Assembly: GCF_009914755.1 (NCBI RefSeq)
Contig: NC_060940.1
Origin: the human T2T-CHM13v2.0 reference genome, Homo sapiens
Direction: 5' to 3' (one strand)
DNA length: 64,000 bases
Part shown: one piece after another, positions 16,120 through 30,600 of the stretch
Position numbering within the stretch: position 1 is the first letter of the stretch
How the letters are laid out: each line of letters opens with the position of its first letter
The notes under the pieces: generated by a model
What the model was told of the DNA's origin: nothing
Seen by the model: only the letters and a program-made list of their open reading frames with translations
The model's database searches: none
Translations under genes and position numbers: made by a program

Positions 16120-16790
16120 TACAGCAGCTAACAACCCTGCCCTAATGACCAACGAGGGGAAGTAAATCTGGGTGTTTACACGTGCCTTTCACAGGATGCT
16201 TCTTTTACCTAGTAGACAACCTCATGCCTAGTTTTCCTATCCATGACCAGGGGATCTCTCCCAGGAGGAACTTATTTATAACTGCTGATGCCCTTGCAGC
16301 TCTTGTCTGACCCATGTCCAGTTTATGTCTGCCTGATCATCGCTCTGGCACTGGAAGCCCAACCTTGTAGTCTCCCCGAGGGAAAACCCAGTCTGCGGTA
16401 GTTCCTAGGTCTTCAGATGAAAGGTGCAAATTCAATACACCACCATATAGAAAATAAGCTCAAAGATTTATTACTTACACATCCTGGGCAGGGAGGGTGC
16501 AATGAATCAAGAGGACAGTTTTCTGCTCCTGCATCACACAAGGCAAGAATGAAGAGTCAGCCCGAGAAAGAGAGAATGTGGCCAACTAGTGGTACATAAA
16601 AGGGAATAGCGTGCGGGTCACTTTAAGTTTGCAGGCAAATGCCTGAATGATCCATTTAAAGGAAGCAGTGGGAAAGCATGGAGCCTGGTCTCCCAGGTTG
16701 GGGAGATGCCTCTGAGTTCTTATCTCTGGCCAGGGGCTTCAGCCATTTGGGTGTGATGCTTCTCTTGTAACTCCAAGGTAACCTATGCTG
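16120..16790 (-). mobile_element. Old ERVL-type LTR (MER54/MER74-like)
   Basis: Resembles remembered consensus (aaagatttattacttacacatcctgggcagggagggtgcaatga); subfamily uncertain. Confidence 0.45.
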
Positions 16791-17639
16791 TGTTGCTCAG
16801 TTCTACATGCCAAGAAATAGCTCCTCTTTTCAGCAAGTAAAATTATCTCACTGCTTTTCAGTTTCTTTTTTATCGAAGTGTTGTCAACAAGTTCCTTGAA
16901 GCTGTAAAATCCAGAAGCGAAATGGATCACTTCCATTTGATCTGTATTCCCCATTGCTTAGTATACACAAGGAGCTTAATGGGCATCGGAGACTTAGTTG
17001 TGGAATGAAGAGAGAAGGAGAGAGTGGAAAGGAAAGAAAAGAGGACAGGGAAGAGAAGGAGGAGGAAGAAAAAGGGGAATGGAGAAGGACAGAAAGTGAG
17101 AAATAAAACTATTACAGAAGGGACCCTATATCAGCTGTCAGAACCATCCGTAACTAAAGCAGAAGGAAGACCCTGTTTTTCTTTCCATAGAGGGTAATAG
17201 GGTGGTGTGCAGGGCTGGGTTATGACTTAGGAGAGCTCTCAGCTCTTCCTTTGATGACATCCTCCCGCTCCCCAGGTATGGAGGTGCTCCTCTGACCTCC
17301 TCTCCCTTTTCCCAAGTCTAAGGCACCAGATGGGGTGAGACAGTGGCCAGGGATGAGTGGAAGAGCACATGCGGGTGGCAGAGAAGCTAGATATCAATTC
17401 TAACTCAGGAAAGTAAGTGGGGCAGACTCCACAGTCCTCTGCCCCCATTGTACTGACATTAAATCTGAGGTCAGGTTACATGAACCAAGGTCACAAAATA
17501 AGGCAATGTTGATGTTGGGGCAAGAATCTGGATCTCTAAATGACTGGTGGCAACAGCCAACCACACAGCCACTGATGAAGACACCTAGAGTTCTGTTGCA
17601 CAAGCCAGCTTTACCTCTTACAGAAAGTCGAAAAGGAGC

Positions 17640-18240
17640 ACTTGCAAATTGGAGAAACTACCTGCACTGCTGGCAGGAATGTAAATTGGTTTACATTTTC
17701 AGAACACTGGTTCAAAGTATCTACTAAAGTTGAGTAGACGCGCTCTATTACCCAGCAATTTCATTCCTAGGTATATTTCCAAACCAATAAGTGCCTTTGT
17801 GCACAAGAAAGGTACAAAAATATCCAAAGCAGACAAAAACTAAAAGTGATGTAAATGCCCATCAGCAGCAAAATGGATAAATTTGTACGATAAAATACCA
17901 CCCAGCAACGAAAAAAAATAATGAGCTGTGGTTACATGCAGTAATATGTATCAATGTCACAAGAGACATCAATGAATACATGTTGTATGATTCCACCATT
18001 TATTTGAGGATCAAAAGAAGACAAAACCACCCCATGGTCATGGAGGACAGAATGTTGATTACTTGTGGGGGGCATATTGACTGGCATGGGCCATGAGGAA
18101 GCTTTCTAGGATAGTGGTCACATTTTATAGCTCAATCTGGGTGGGAGTTGCACAGCTGTACAAAAATTAACTGGATATTGGGATTTGTGCAATATAACGA
18201 ATGTATGTCATAGTTTATAGAAGGTAACAAATAGAAAAAA
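17640..18240 (+). mobile_element. Old L1M 3' end
   Basis: cactgctggcaggaatgtaaattgg...cccagcaatttcattcctaggtatat... Confidence 0.7.
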
Positions 18241-18490
18241 ACAGTGAGTGGCATAGTACAGGTATAAGTGTTCTTTTACTTTGGGGGTTAAGTGAGGTAA
18301 TAATAAGGAAAGTTGAAGAAAACAGACTTTCTAAACCAGAGGAGAGAAAAATACAAACTTTTTTAAGCGTGATATTTCTTTACAAAAAGAGAAAATTTCT
18401 TTAAGGATAAGGGGAAACCAGTCATGTTTAGTTAAATTCTTCCAATTGTTGGAATTGTTTCAAAATAACATGTCACTTTTATTGTTTAAG

Positions 18491-18706
18491 CCAGAGGTCA
18501 CTAATCTTTTTTTTTTTTTATGGTAAACGGCCAATTAGTAAATATTTTCAGCACTACAGGCCATACGGTCTCTATCACAACTACTCAACTCTGCCTTTGT
18601 AGCACAAAAACAGCCATAGACAATGCGTAATACAGGAATGAGTGTGGTTGTGTTCCAGTAAAACTTTATAAAAAACATGTAATGGGCCATAATTTGCAGA
18701 ATTCTG
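18491..18706. mobile_element. MER58A-like hAT DNA transposon fossil
   Basis: ggccatacggtctctatcacaactactcaactctgcctttgtagcacaaaaacagccatagacaat. Confidence 0.8.
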
Positions 18707-18878
18707 ATTTAACCAATCAAAACATGAAACATGAAATAACTTTTTATATTTATATAAAAGAGATAGCATGTTGCACCTTCTAAAATAGCAAAAAGAACTG
18801 TAATGCCTAATGCTGCTAGATAGTGGTAAAATTGGTACATTGATCCACTATTACTATTACTTTAGATGGAAACAAAAC

Positions 18879-19170
18879 TTTTTTTTCTTTGAGACAGGGT
18901 CTTGTTCTGTCACCCATGCTGGAGTGCAGTGGAAGGAACACTGCTCTCTGCAGCCTCAACCTCCCAGGCTCAAGTGATCCTCCCACCTCAGCTTCCAAAG
19001 TAGCTAGGACCACAGGTGCATGCCACTATGCCTAGATAATGTCTTTATTTTTTGTAGAGATGGGGTCTCACCATGTTGCCCAGGCTAGTCTTGAACTCCT
19101 GGGCTCAAGCAATCCCCCCACCTTGGCCTCCTAAAGTGCTGGGATTACAGGTATGAGTCACTGCACCCAG
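18879..19170 (-). mobile_element. AluJ
   Basis: Antisense Alu with ctcctgggctcaagcaatcc. Confidence 0.9.
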
Positions 19171-19619
19171 GGTTAACAAACCTTTTGGGCATCAATATGA
19201 CGCCATATATCAAGACTCCTAGAGATCTTTAGAACCAGTAACCTTTAAATTCTACATCTAAGAGTTTGTTGCAAATAGTTCAAAAGAAAAAAGAAATAGG
19301 CATGAAGAAATTTCTTCCATCGTTATCTATACTAGCCAAATATCAAAATGTGTAGCATTTGGAAAATAATGTAATGGTTTCTGGTTTAATAAAGATGATG
19401 ACATTTTATGCAAAAAATTAAAATAATTGTGAAAGCAGATAGTATAGTTACATAAGAATGCTTAAAATGTAATAATAAGTGAAAAATCATGGACTATAAA
19501 AGTATATATAACCAATAATTATAATTAAAGAAATGTGTCTGCAAGTAACAGGGATCAGGAGATAATACATAAATTAAAAACAATTATGTTAAAGTAGTAG
19601 ATTGGGGTGATTATATGTA

Positions 19620-19939
19620 CAGTCAGCCCTTTCTGTATTTGTGAATTCAAATGATCACAGATTGAAAATATTTTGGGGAGAAAATGGTGTCTGCACTAAA
19701 CATATACAGACTTTTTTTTCTTGTCATTGTTTCCTAAACCATACGGTGTAACAACTATTTAGATCGCATTTATATTGCATTAGGTATTATAAGTAAACTA
19801 GAGATGATTTAAAGTATAAGATGTGCATAGATTATATTCAAATGCTACACCATTTTATATCAGGAACTTGAGCATCCACAGATTTTGGTGTCTGTAGGAG
19901 ACCCTCAAACCAATCCTCCACAATACTGAGGGACAACTG
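19620..19939 (-). mobile_element. MER2 (TcMar-Tigger) with TIRs and TA target sites
   Basis: ta|cagtcagccct ... agggacaactg|ta; internal atcaggaacttgagcatccacagattttgg. Confidence 0.85.
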
Positions 19940-21334
19940 TATATATAATATATTGCCTTTCCAAATTAAAGTGTTTAAAAAATATAGACTGAGAGGGATT
20001 TGGGGCCACTGTTTATCCATGCCATAAATTTTGCACGAGCCTATGTGACATCAATGTTTGACTTACCAACAAGCCATTCATTATATCTTATTTCCACTTT
20101 GATGGTTCTCTTGACATTTGACTTTCTCTGGTTTGAGCAATTCACTGCTTGTCAGGCATGGGCCTGGCATGCTGACCTTGTACTAATCCTGGTGTTGGAT
20201 TGATAACAGACACTAAGATTCTGAATCTCAACAGGCCCATTAGGGAATTCACTGCAAATTTACGCAGATTAAATCCCCTGGAGTTTTACCACTGAGGAAG
20301 ACTCAGTGGCTCTCCAGGATATTTATGGATATTATCTGTTTCTTAATAAGTACTGTTCCATTATTATTCCAAATATGTCTCTAGTTAAAATTAGGAGGGA
20401 AATAAACAAGTCTAATTTTTATGGTATCATCTGGTCACAGGCCAATGGAGAAGCAGTTAAGTCCTTTATTGCTAATCTATGCTTAGAACTGACATATCTC
20501 TTATTTGAAAACGTTGCATTTCTGAATAAATGGTTTGCCCTAGACAGTTTTTGGGTCATAGGAGAGTAAGTGACTTAGTTGTTGGGGCATCAGAATGGTT
20601 ATTAATGATCACCCCCTTCTGATGTCTATATCATCAGTGTATTATCTTTGTGTATACATGAGGTTTATGTACATGCAAAAGTCACCCACATACGTGGGAG
20701 CAATAATGAAATCCACATAAAAAATTAGACTCAATCAACGGTCTTTAGCTGCACTTTCCCCGTGGTTTCACATGAGACCCCGTCTACACGTATAAGGAAT
20801 CAGGATAGCCATTGCGTCCAAATCTAGTTCCAGATCCGATTTAATCGATAGAAGTGCTGGCTCAGTCTTTACCCAAATGTGGGGTTTTCAGTTTTGCCTG
20901 CTTTATTTTTAACACTGTTATTATAGTCAATAAATGAAAATGAAATCTTTGGAAGCAATAAAGGCTTTCATGTCTATTTCGATCCTTCCTGGATGAGGAA
21001 GCTTAACATTAAAGCTTATCTGACTACGTCTTCCATTCATAGCCTACCCTCATATCTCCTATGTTCTTTATTGTGGTTGGCATGTGGACTAACGCTTAGA
21101 AGTGCCAAACCATTTATGCCTCTAGTTTTCACAATCACCAAGGGCTCTGTGTAAACCCAATTAGAAGCCCTGAGAGAAAGAGAATGAATAAAACTCAGGG
21201 CAAAGATTCAATATCATGGACCCCAACTGAGTGATTGGATGGCAACTGATATGTGTACTCAACGTCTGCCAATCACAGGATAAAATGTTTCTAAATGGTA
21301 AATATTGTTACTTTAAAGAGTGATTCTTAAACCT

Positions 21335-21980
<646 letters not shown>

Positions 21981-23105
21981 CCTAAAACCATAAAAACCCT
22001 AGAAGAAAACCTAGGCAATACCACTCAGGACATAGGCATGGGCAAGGACTTCATGTCTAAAACACCAAAAGCAATGGCAACAAAAGCCAAAATTGACAAA
22101 TGGGATCTAATTAAACTAAAGAGCTTCTGCACAGCAAAAGAAACTACCATCAGAGTGAACGGGCAACCTACAGAATGGGAGAAAATTTTTGCAATCTACT
22201 CATCTGACAAAGGGCTAATATCCAGAATCTACAATGAACTCAAACAAATTTACAAGAAAAAAACAAACAACCCCATCAAAAAGTGGGTGAAGCATATGAA
22301 CAGACACTTCTCAAAAGAAGACATTTATGCAGTCAAAAGATACATGAAAAAATGCTCATCATCACTGGCCATCAGAGAAATGCAAATCAAAACCACAATG
22401 AGATACCATCTCACACCAGTTAGAATGGCAATCATTAAAAAGTCAGGAAACAACAGGTGCTGCAGAGGATGTGGAGAAATAGGAACACTTACACTGTTGG
22501 TGGGACTGTAAACTAGTTCAACCATTGTGGAAGTCAGTGTGGCGATTCCTCAGGGATCTAGAACTAGAAATACCATTTGAGCCAGCCATCCCATTACTGG
22601 GTATATACCCAAAGGATTATAAATCATGCTGCCATAAAGACACATGCACACGTGTGTTTATTGCAGCACTATTCACAATAGCAAAGACTTGGAACCAACC
22701 TAAATGTCCAACAATGATAGACTGGATTAAGAAAATGTGGCACATATACAACATGGAATACTATGCAGCCATAAAAAATGATGAATTCATATCCTTTGTA
22801 GGGACATGGATGAAGCTGGAAACCATCATTCTCAGCAAACTATCGCAAGGACAAAAAACCAAACACCACATGTTCTTACTCATAGGTGGGAATTGAACAA
22901 TGAGATCACATGGACACAGGAAGGGGAACATCACACTCTGGGGACTGTTGTGGGGTGGGGGGAGGGGGGAGGGATAGCATTAGGAGATATACCTAATGTT
23001 AAATGACGAGTTAATGGGTACAGCACACCAACATGGCACATGTACACATATGTAATAAACCTGCACGTTGTGCACGTGTACCCTAAAACTTAAAGTATAA
23101 TTAAA
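21981..23105 (+). mobile_element. L1PA 3' ~1.1 kb (ORF2 C-terminus, frameshifted, plus 3'UTR)
   Basis: ORFs 22038..22511 and 22525..22896 are L1 ORF2p ([23 protein letters not shown]...IGGN*); G-rich 3'UTR; ends cttaaagtataat. Confidence 0.97.
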
Positions 23106-24380
23106 TATATATATATATAATGTAAAGGGAGCAAATGCCTGCTTTAAGAATTTTCACTTAAAAGTTATAAAATATTATAAAATTATGTACATGGAGATTC
23201 AATTTAGAACACTAGATAAAAAGTATAAGTTTCAATAAAAAAAACCCTTAATGTGTATTAGAATCACCCAGAAAGGATGTAGAAATGCCCCACAGGAGGT
23301 GAAAATTAGGTGTCTGTATTTTCTTGCCAAGTGATTCTATTGGATGCAAAATGTCAAAAGCATCTCCATAGGCAAGGGCAATAGAGCAGGAGTGTTTAAT
23401 CATTTTTATATCCCACCACCTGGAGTTTAAAAGCTGCTCAGTTGTTCTTTGTTGAATCGATGACTAGAAGGGAGAATGAATGAATGAACAAATGGGTGAA
23501 TACATGGGAAGGGGGTTGTCAATGGCACCCAGTTCTTCCTAACTTGATTAGAAAGTTAGTAATTTACAGACTAGCCCAGCTCATCCCCAACTGTGATTTC
23601 TGCCTTTGAAGTCTCAATTTGATTAAAACACGTTTAGCAAGGAACAATAACTTTCTGAAATTCTGGAGATTATGCAGCTCCAAGAAGCTCTGTGGGGAAC
23701 AAGCAATTCCAGCAACCAAGACAGGTCTTTGTGAACCTGGAGAGGCTGCTTTGCAAGCCTGTATCGAGGCCAAACATCTGACTTCTCTTAATTACATTCT
23801 GTCCTTGTTTCATTCCTTCTCATCTCCTGCTTCTGGGTCCTTAGTTTTCCCCAAACTGGCAGGGTTGAATGATCTCAAAAATTAGGCTGGGCCTGCTCCC
23901 ACGGTGCTGGGGCCTGAGGCATGGACGAGTCTCCTTCACCATGAACAATGGAAAAAAAGTGTAGGTCATTTTCTCTCCCACCCTAAACTTCTGTCGCAAA
24001 GTGATTTTGCCCAGTACCTTCTGCAGGGTAATGATGCTGTTTCATTAGTAAAAGAGGAAGGAGCACTGACTCTGGGGTGTGACCTACCTGTGTTTAAATC
24101 ACAGCCTTGCCCCTTTCCAGATGAGAAAACCACCTGTCTTCCAAGATGTCTATGAGGGTTTATAGCAGCTAAAGAAGTAACATCATGTAAAGATTAAAGC
24201 AAAGATCCTGGCGCCCTCCTGCATAGGTACCAATTGTACCAATCTCAGATCTCCCACTTAGCTGGATAATCCTGGACACCTTACTTAACTGACCTGTGAC
24301 TCAGTTTCCTCATATGTAAATAGGAATGAATAATTATAACTCCATGCCATTTAGTCATTGTGAGGGGCAAATGAAATTAA

Positions 24381-25158
24381 TATAAGGACCAAACTCCGAC
24401 CATTTTCTTCTCTTGCCCAAAGCCCTATCTAAGGGACCTGAAGAGTCACATCCTACAGACAATAAAGTCTTGTCAGAGGGGTTTTATTCCATGCTATATA
24501 ACATGGCTTAGTTTCCAACTTTGGCAGAACATCACATGACAGATAAAGGAGGAAGTCAAAATATTTTACCTCCAAATATGTTTCTTTGCCGTATTTTTAA
24601 ATGGCCTGCAAAGCCATTCTTGTTGGGGAAAAATGCATCTTATATATATATTCTCTATTAACATAACAAGATCTTTCCCCATTCCAGGCCCTCCCAATCT
24701 TGAAGAGACTATCTGAGAATCCAGCATCTTTTAGAGGTCTGAATAGAAACACTGAGGCTTCATGCACATAAGAACCCTAGTCTCCACAACTCCTTCTCTT
24801 AACCCAGAAAGTCCTTTCTCTTGATTCCAGGCATTTCTATAATAATTTAACTCTTTCAACCAATTGCAAATCAGAAAATCTTTGGACTTTGACTCTACCT
24901 TTTACTTGTGCCCCACCCTCTACCCCACTTCGGGTTATCCCGCCCTATCAGACTGCACCAATGCATGCCTCACAGGTATTGATTGATGTCTTTTGTCTCC
25001 CTAAAACATGTAAAACCAGGCTGTAGCCCAACCACCTTGGGCACATGTTCTTGTTCTCAGGACCTCCTGGGGGGCTGTGTCCTGGGTCATGGCCCTCACA
25101 TTTGGCTCAGAATAGATTTCTTCGAATATTTTACAGAGTTTGGCTCTCTTCATGGATA
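24381..25158 (+). mobile_element. MER4-family (ERV1) solo LTR
   Basis: aaaatattttacctccaaatatgtttctttgcc; 3' end cacatttggctcagaatagatttcttcgaatattttacagagtttggctct. Confidence 0.75.
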
Positions 25159-25768
25159 AATACATACAAGGACTGAGATGATTTTGTGACATGTAGTTAT
25201 CCTTCTCGTGTTACTTATTATGACAAATATCTATAACAATCATGGTAGCTGTTGAACTACTTCCATGTGGAGAAATGGAAAACTGTCCCATCCTCTCAAA
25301 CGAGGTTTTCAGATGCTCTGCAGTTCCTCTCCCCTCTATTTTTACTTTGCATTTATCTCTTTAATTGGGCTGAGGCTGCTGGTTGTAATGGGTGTTGCTG
25401 AGTCATCTGAGGACACAGGGACCTATGTCAGGAAGAATTGCTGGCAGGGAAGCCATCGAAAGACAGATTAGACATCTCCAAGGCAGGAGTGAGTCATCTG
25501 GTGGTCTGTGCCTTGTACCAACACACCGGAGCCGAGGAGAAGCACGGATGGCTCTGAGACATCTTCAATTTCATCTGCAGCATGGCTAATTCTCAGTTTA
25601 ATAAAACTAGCCTGCTCTGTGGATGCACAGGCTAAACATTGCCTGAACTATCACTTAGCAAACATTTCTTACCTCTCCCACTCCTTCTTTCTTTGCCTCT
25701 CTCTCCCTTTACTCCTCCCTTTTTTCTCTCTCTTCCTTTCTCTTCTCTCTCCTTACTTTTTGACTCTA

Positions 25769-26069
25769 TTTTTTTTCTTTTTTTTTGGGATGGAGTCTTG
25801 CTCTGTTGCCCAGGCTGGAGTGCAGTGGTGTGGATCTCAGCTCACTGCCACCTCCACCTCCTGGGTTCAAGTGATTCTCCTGCCTCAGCCTCCAGAGTAG
25901 CTGGGATTATAGGTACCTACCACCATGCCTGGCTGATTTGTGTATTTTTAGTAGAAATGGGGTTTTGCCATGTTGGCCAGGCTGGTCTCAAACTCCTAAC
26001 CTCGAGTGATTCACCTACCTTGGCCTCCTAAAGTGCCGGGATTACAGGCATGAGCCATCATGCCTGGCC
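25769..26069 (-). mobile_element. AluS
   Basis: Antisense dimeric Alu embedded in a CT-rich tract. Confidence 0.92.
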
Positions 26070-26252
26070 TTCTTTTCTCTTCTTTATCCTTTATTATTAC
26101 CACCTCCTTCTCCTTTTTTCCCCCTCTAATTTCTCCCTCATATATCTCTATCCCTTTTTCCTTCCCCACACTATTTGTCTTTCTTTCTTCTTGTTCTCAT
26201 CTTCATCTTCTCCCTTCTCTTAGGAGAACTGGACAACCAACTTTAAGTCTTC

Positions 26253-26553
26253 TTTTTTTTTTTTTTTTTTCTGAGACAGAGTCTCATTTTGTTGCCCAGG
26301 CTAGAGTGCAGTGGCGCGAACTCGACTCACTGCAAACTCCGCCTCCTGGGTTCAAGTAATTCTCCTGCCTCAGCCTCCTGAGTAGCTGGGACTACAGGCA
26401 CCCACCACCACACCTGGCTAATTTTTGTATTTTTTAGTAGAGAAGGGGTTTCACCATATTGGCCAGGCTGGTCTCGAACTCCTGACCTCGTGATCCACCC
26501 TCCTCGGCCTCTCAAAGTGCTGGGATTACAGGTGTGAGCCACTGCACCCAGCC
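26253..26553 (-). mobile_element. AluS (Sg/Sc-like)
   Basis: Antisense dimeric Alu, ctcctgacctcgtgatcc. Confidence 0.92.
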
Positions 26554-27057
26554 TTCTCTGCCCTTCTTATCTGTCTCCAGACAGTCTAGACTAGGTGCCA
26601 TCAAACTTGTTCTGTAAAAGGCCAGATAATAAACATACTGGCCTTTGCAGGCCTTATGGTTTCTGTTGCAATGACTAGGCTTTACATGTGATTGGGTTTC
26701 AATAAAACTTCATTTTCAAAACCAGGCAGTAACCGGGATTTGGGTCATGGGTTTTGATAAATGCTAAGGGAAATACTATTTTTTCTTGGTCGCCCTCTTC
26801 ATCATAAACCAGCAGACTAAAGAACAGATTTCAGCCTCATGGTACTAATTTCTGGGCCCCTGAAGGTACAGTCCCTCTCTCCCAGGTTCTTGATTAAAGA
26901 GACTGAATCCCATATTCCAGAACCCTCCCTAGATCTGGTGGACATGGAAGAACCATGAGTTCTGACTTATGTTGCTGACTATTATGTGGGAACGCCTGAA
27001 TTCCTGTCTGAGTTTAGAGAATTTGGAAAACAAACCTTGGTTGATAAGATATATGAA

Positions 27058-27065
<8 letters not shown>

Positions 27066-27102
<37 letters not shown>
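27066..27102. repeat. (CA)n microsatellite, ~18 units
   Basis: Direct reading. Confidence 0.95.
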
Positions 27103-27108
<6 letters not shown>

Positions 27109-29589
27109 TAAATAAATTAAGGAGGACGCTTTTGAGTGTTTAAATTCTTAGGACTGCAGCAGCAAGTTTAGCAAAGAACACAGTAGGAGCTCGATCCAGT
27201 TTGGCAAAGGGTCTGGCTAAGTCAAAACTGTGCAATTATCATTCCTGGTTGTTGGGGTTTTAGAATTCTCTATTCATGCTAATGACATTGCAATGAACAA
27301 AACCACATCAGTGAAGAACAGCAAAAGTCAAGGGTGGAGCAACGCAGCTTTATTTCACAAGCCCCTCCTTGGGGAAGGCATTAGAGCTACAGTTTGGAAG
27401 AGGTTTGCATGGAAGAAAGGGAGAAACTGTGAACAGGGCTGGTTTGTCAAAGAAAGACATAAACCAGTGGTGTGTGCCTGGGAACACTATGGATATGAAA
27501 CTTGTCTACTGTTCTCCCATTAGCATGCAGTCTTGCCTGAAATAAACAAAGCACATGTTTTGGAGTCCACATTGTTTCTCCTGTCTTGCCTCTACTGTGC
27601 TGCAGGGAAGGAGGGTGCCTGGGAGACAGCAAGGCTCATTCTACTGGAGGCTTTTATGATTTGGATGGGGCTGCTGACCAATATGCCTGGAGATACCCCA
27701 ACTGTCCTCTACGACCATTACTTCTACTGCAGAGGTCAAGTCTTTCCCAAAGAAACAGAACAAAGGACCATCACTGGTTTTGTGTTCCCTTTGTTTTGTT
27801 TTTAATATATAATTTGTCTAGGAGGCAGAGAACCTGGGTTTGAGCCCCAACTCTGCACTCCCTCGCTGTGCATCTTTAGGTGAGGTCATATCCCCTCTGT
27901 GGCTTCAGTTTCCATATTACTGGACTAAGTAGCAATTTATGATCCACTACAGTTGTAAAAGCCAGGGAATATATAATTCTGTTGGTTATATGCCTCATAT
28001 TGCACATATTAAATATGTGCATATATGTGCCTCATATGCATATTGCATATATTGCATTAAAGAGCATAATACAGGGATATTTGACTATTATAATATACAA
28101 ATAAGACAATGGAGGAATTTGCCTCTATCTTGTGGTGAATACAGAGGTAAGATGCCTGGGAAGACTGTCAAAAGATTGGCAGTGATTCAGTGATTACCTC
28201 CTTGCATCTCTCTCTCTAGAGGTATCTAGTGTCCTTTCTAAAGAAAATAAGGTCCCTTTCATTAAAGAAGGTATTAAATCGATGACATAAGACTTGCAAA
28301 AGTGTATCTGCAGTATTTTCTAATTCATTCATTTGTTCATTCATTAAACAAATTTTGTTTATGCCAAGCTCCACTGAGTCCTGCAGTAAGGGAACAGCAA
28401 CAGGGGTGGACATGGATAGCGTATGCCCTCGAGGAATCTATAATGCAGTGCACTCAAGTGGCCCAGGGCACATGGAGAGGCCAACAATGGCATCTAATGT
28501 GTGCCAGGCATGGACTAGCTTCTTTATGTTTATTTTCATATTTAATCCTTAAAGAATTCTGATTTTAAAATGAGAAAAATGAGACTCTAAGAAATTAATT
28601 TGCCCCAGGTCACACCACTAGGAAACTGCAGAACCTTCATCTTACTTATTTCACTTCTCTTGCTTTGCTAAATGCCACAAGTGTAGAGATAAGGGAGTTC
28701 ACAGGCAGGGTATCTAGCTTAGAGGTCTTTATGGGAGTATTCACAGAGGAGCGCAGAGGCTGAAGGATGGATGAGATGTCATATCAGGAAATGGGGTTAG
28801 GAAAAGAGGGAAGGAGGAATTCCATTTTTATAGGGTGTTGCATGCAGCAATCCACACTTATCTAAAAAAAAAATTTCAAATGGTGAAATTCTGGATGCTG
28901 TAGAAAGTTGAAAGGGAAAAATATTCAGGGGTAAGGGGCATTCAAGGATTTCCCCAGTCCACACTGTCATACCATTCCTAAGCCAGCCCTAAGAAGACTG
29001 GCTGTGAAGGCCTCTCAGGGATACGCCGTCCTCAGAATGGACACATGTGTGGTCATCACTGCCTGAGCTGTGGGACTGTCCAGCTCTACCCCAGACTCGG
29101 ATGTCAGCCCAAAGATATTAAGCTGGGAAGTTGATCAAGGGCAGTGTTGAGGATATTAGCAACCCATCCAGCGGCCCAGAGCAATTTATGAGAATTCTAA
29201 TTAGATACAAGGACTTCTGTGACCACACAAACACTTTCTATTCTGCCTGCCAGCACGGGGTCCCCTGCCGTCAAAAGCTATCTTGTATGCTTCAGTGGAA
29301 GATACAAGGCCAACAAAAAAAGGACTCAGGATGCCAACACTGACCCACTCAGAGGGAGAAAGTGAGTTCTCCATTGACTTCCAAGGCTCCCCCACTCCAA
29401 GATCTGTGAGCATCATTATGCTGAATGGTGCTATTAAAACTCTAGAGTCCATTGCAGGAAGTTTCCTTATTAACATGAGAGCAGGGTTTGTGGTCCTCTC
29501 CAATCTGTTAACAATCTAGATGAGTCTTTAAAATTATTGCTGGCAAAAGTTGCAGTACAAAAGGAACAGAGGGAACCTGATGAAGTAAA

Positions 29590-29591
<2 letters not shown>

Positions 29592-29620
<29 letters not shown>
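29592..29620. repeat. (TG)n microsatellite, ~14 units
   Basis: Direct reading. Confidence 0.95.
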
Positions 29621-29622
<2 letters not shown>

Positions 29623-29745
29623 CTTTCAAATATTTAACATATGATTATATGTACAAATATGATATAACTGGGGTCACTCACTAGTTTTAAAACTTGGACA
29701 GTCCAGGCAACATTGGTTGAGTTGGTCACTCTATTAATGTAATTA

Positions 29746-30035
29746 TTTTTTGGAGACAAGGTCTCACTCTGCCACCCAGGCTGCAGTGCAGTGACATGAT
29801 CATGGCTCACTGCAGCCTCAAACTCCTGAGCTCAAGCAATCCTCCTGCCTCAGCCTCCTGAGTAGGTGGGCCTACAAGCATGTACCACCATGCCCAGTAA
29901 TTTAAAAAATTTTTTTGTAGAGATGGGTTTTTGCTATGTTGCCTGGGCTGATCTTGACCTCCTGGATTCAAGCAAACCTCCCACCTCAGGCTCCTGAGTA
30001 GTTAAGATTACAGGCATGAGCCACTGCACCTAGCC
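29746..30035 (-). mobile_element. AluJ
   Basis: Diverged antisense Alu; taatgtaat/taatataat flanks. Confidence 0.9.
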
Positions 30036-30444
30036 TAATATAATATCAATGCGAGAGATATGTGTACCATATCTTTCAAATACTTCACATATCTATTATA
30101 TATACCTAAATATGATATAGGTGCAATTGAATATGCCATATACATAATTTTTAACATACATGATAAATATATACATTTAATTTTATGTGTTAAATGACCT
30201 CAGACTAGATGTCAGGGATGAGTAATGTCTATTGGAGTTTAAAAATAAATCCACAACCATTAAAACTGAGCAAAATACAAAGAAGAAGATTAAACGCTTC
30301 TCAATACTAAAAAGTATTACTTATAGCTAAGCTGACCTGGCCGCCTGCAAACCAGGTTTCTCCTTGCAGCTTGGTTTAGTAGGAAATGATCAGAATTGGA
30401 CTCAGATGAACTAGAGCCAATTGTTACCTCTATAAAAGTCTGAA

Positions 30445-30600
30445 CAGGGTGTTGTCCATTGGCTGGTAGCCTCAGCATCACCTGGCAGCTTGTTAGAAAT
30501 GCTGGGTCTCAGGCTCCACCCTAGACCCACTGAAACAGTCTTTGTTTTAGGAAGATCCTCACGTGATTCTTGCTCATGGTAAAGCTGAATGAGCTCTGCT
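30445..30600. mobile_element. MER5A
   Basis: cagcatcacctggcagcttgttagaaatgc..ctcaggctccaccctagacccactgaa. Confidence 0.7.

Noticed and set aside
22038-22896. 157-aa and 123-aa ORFs as a gene
   Set aside because: Frameshifted fragments of L1 ORF2p in a 5'-truncated element
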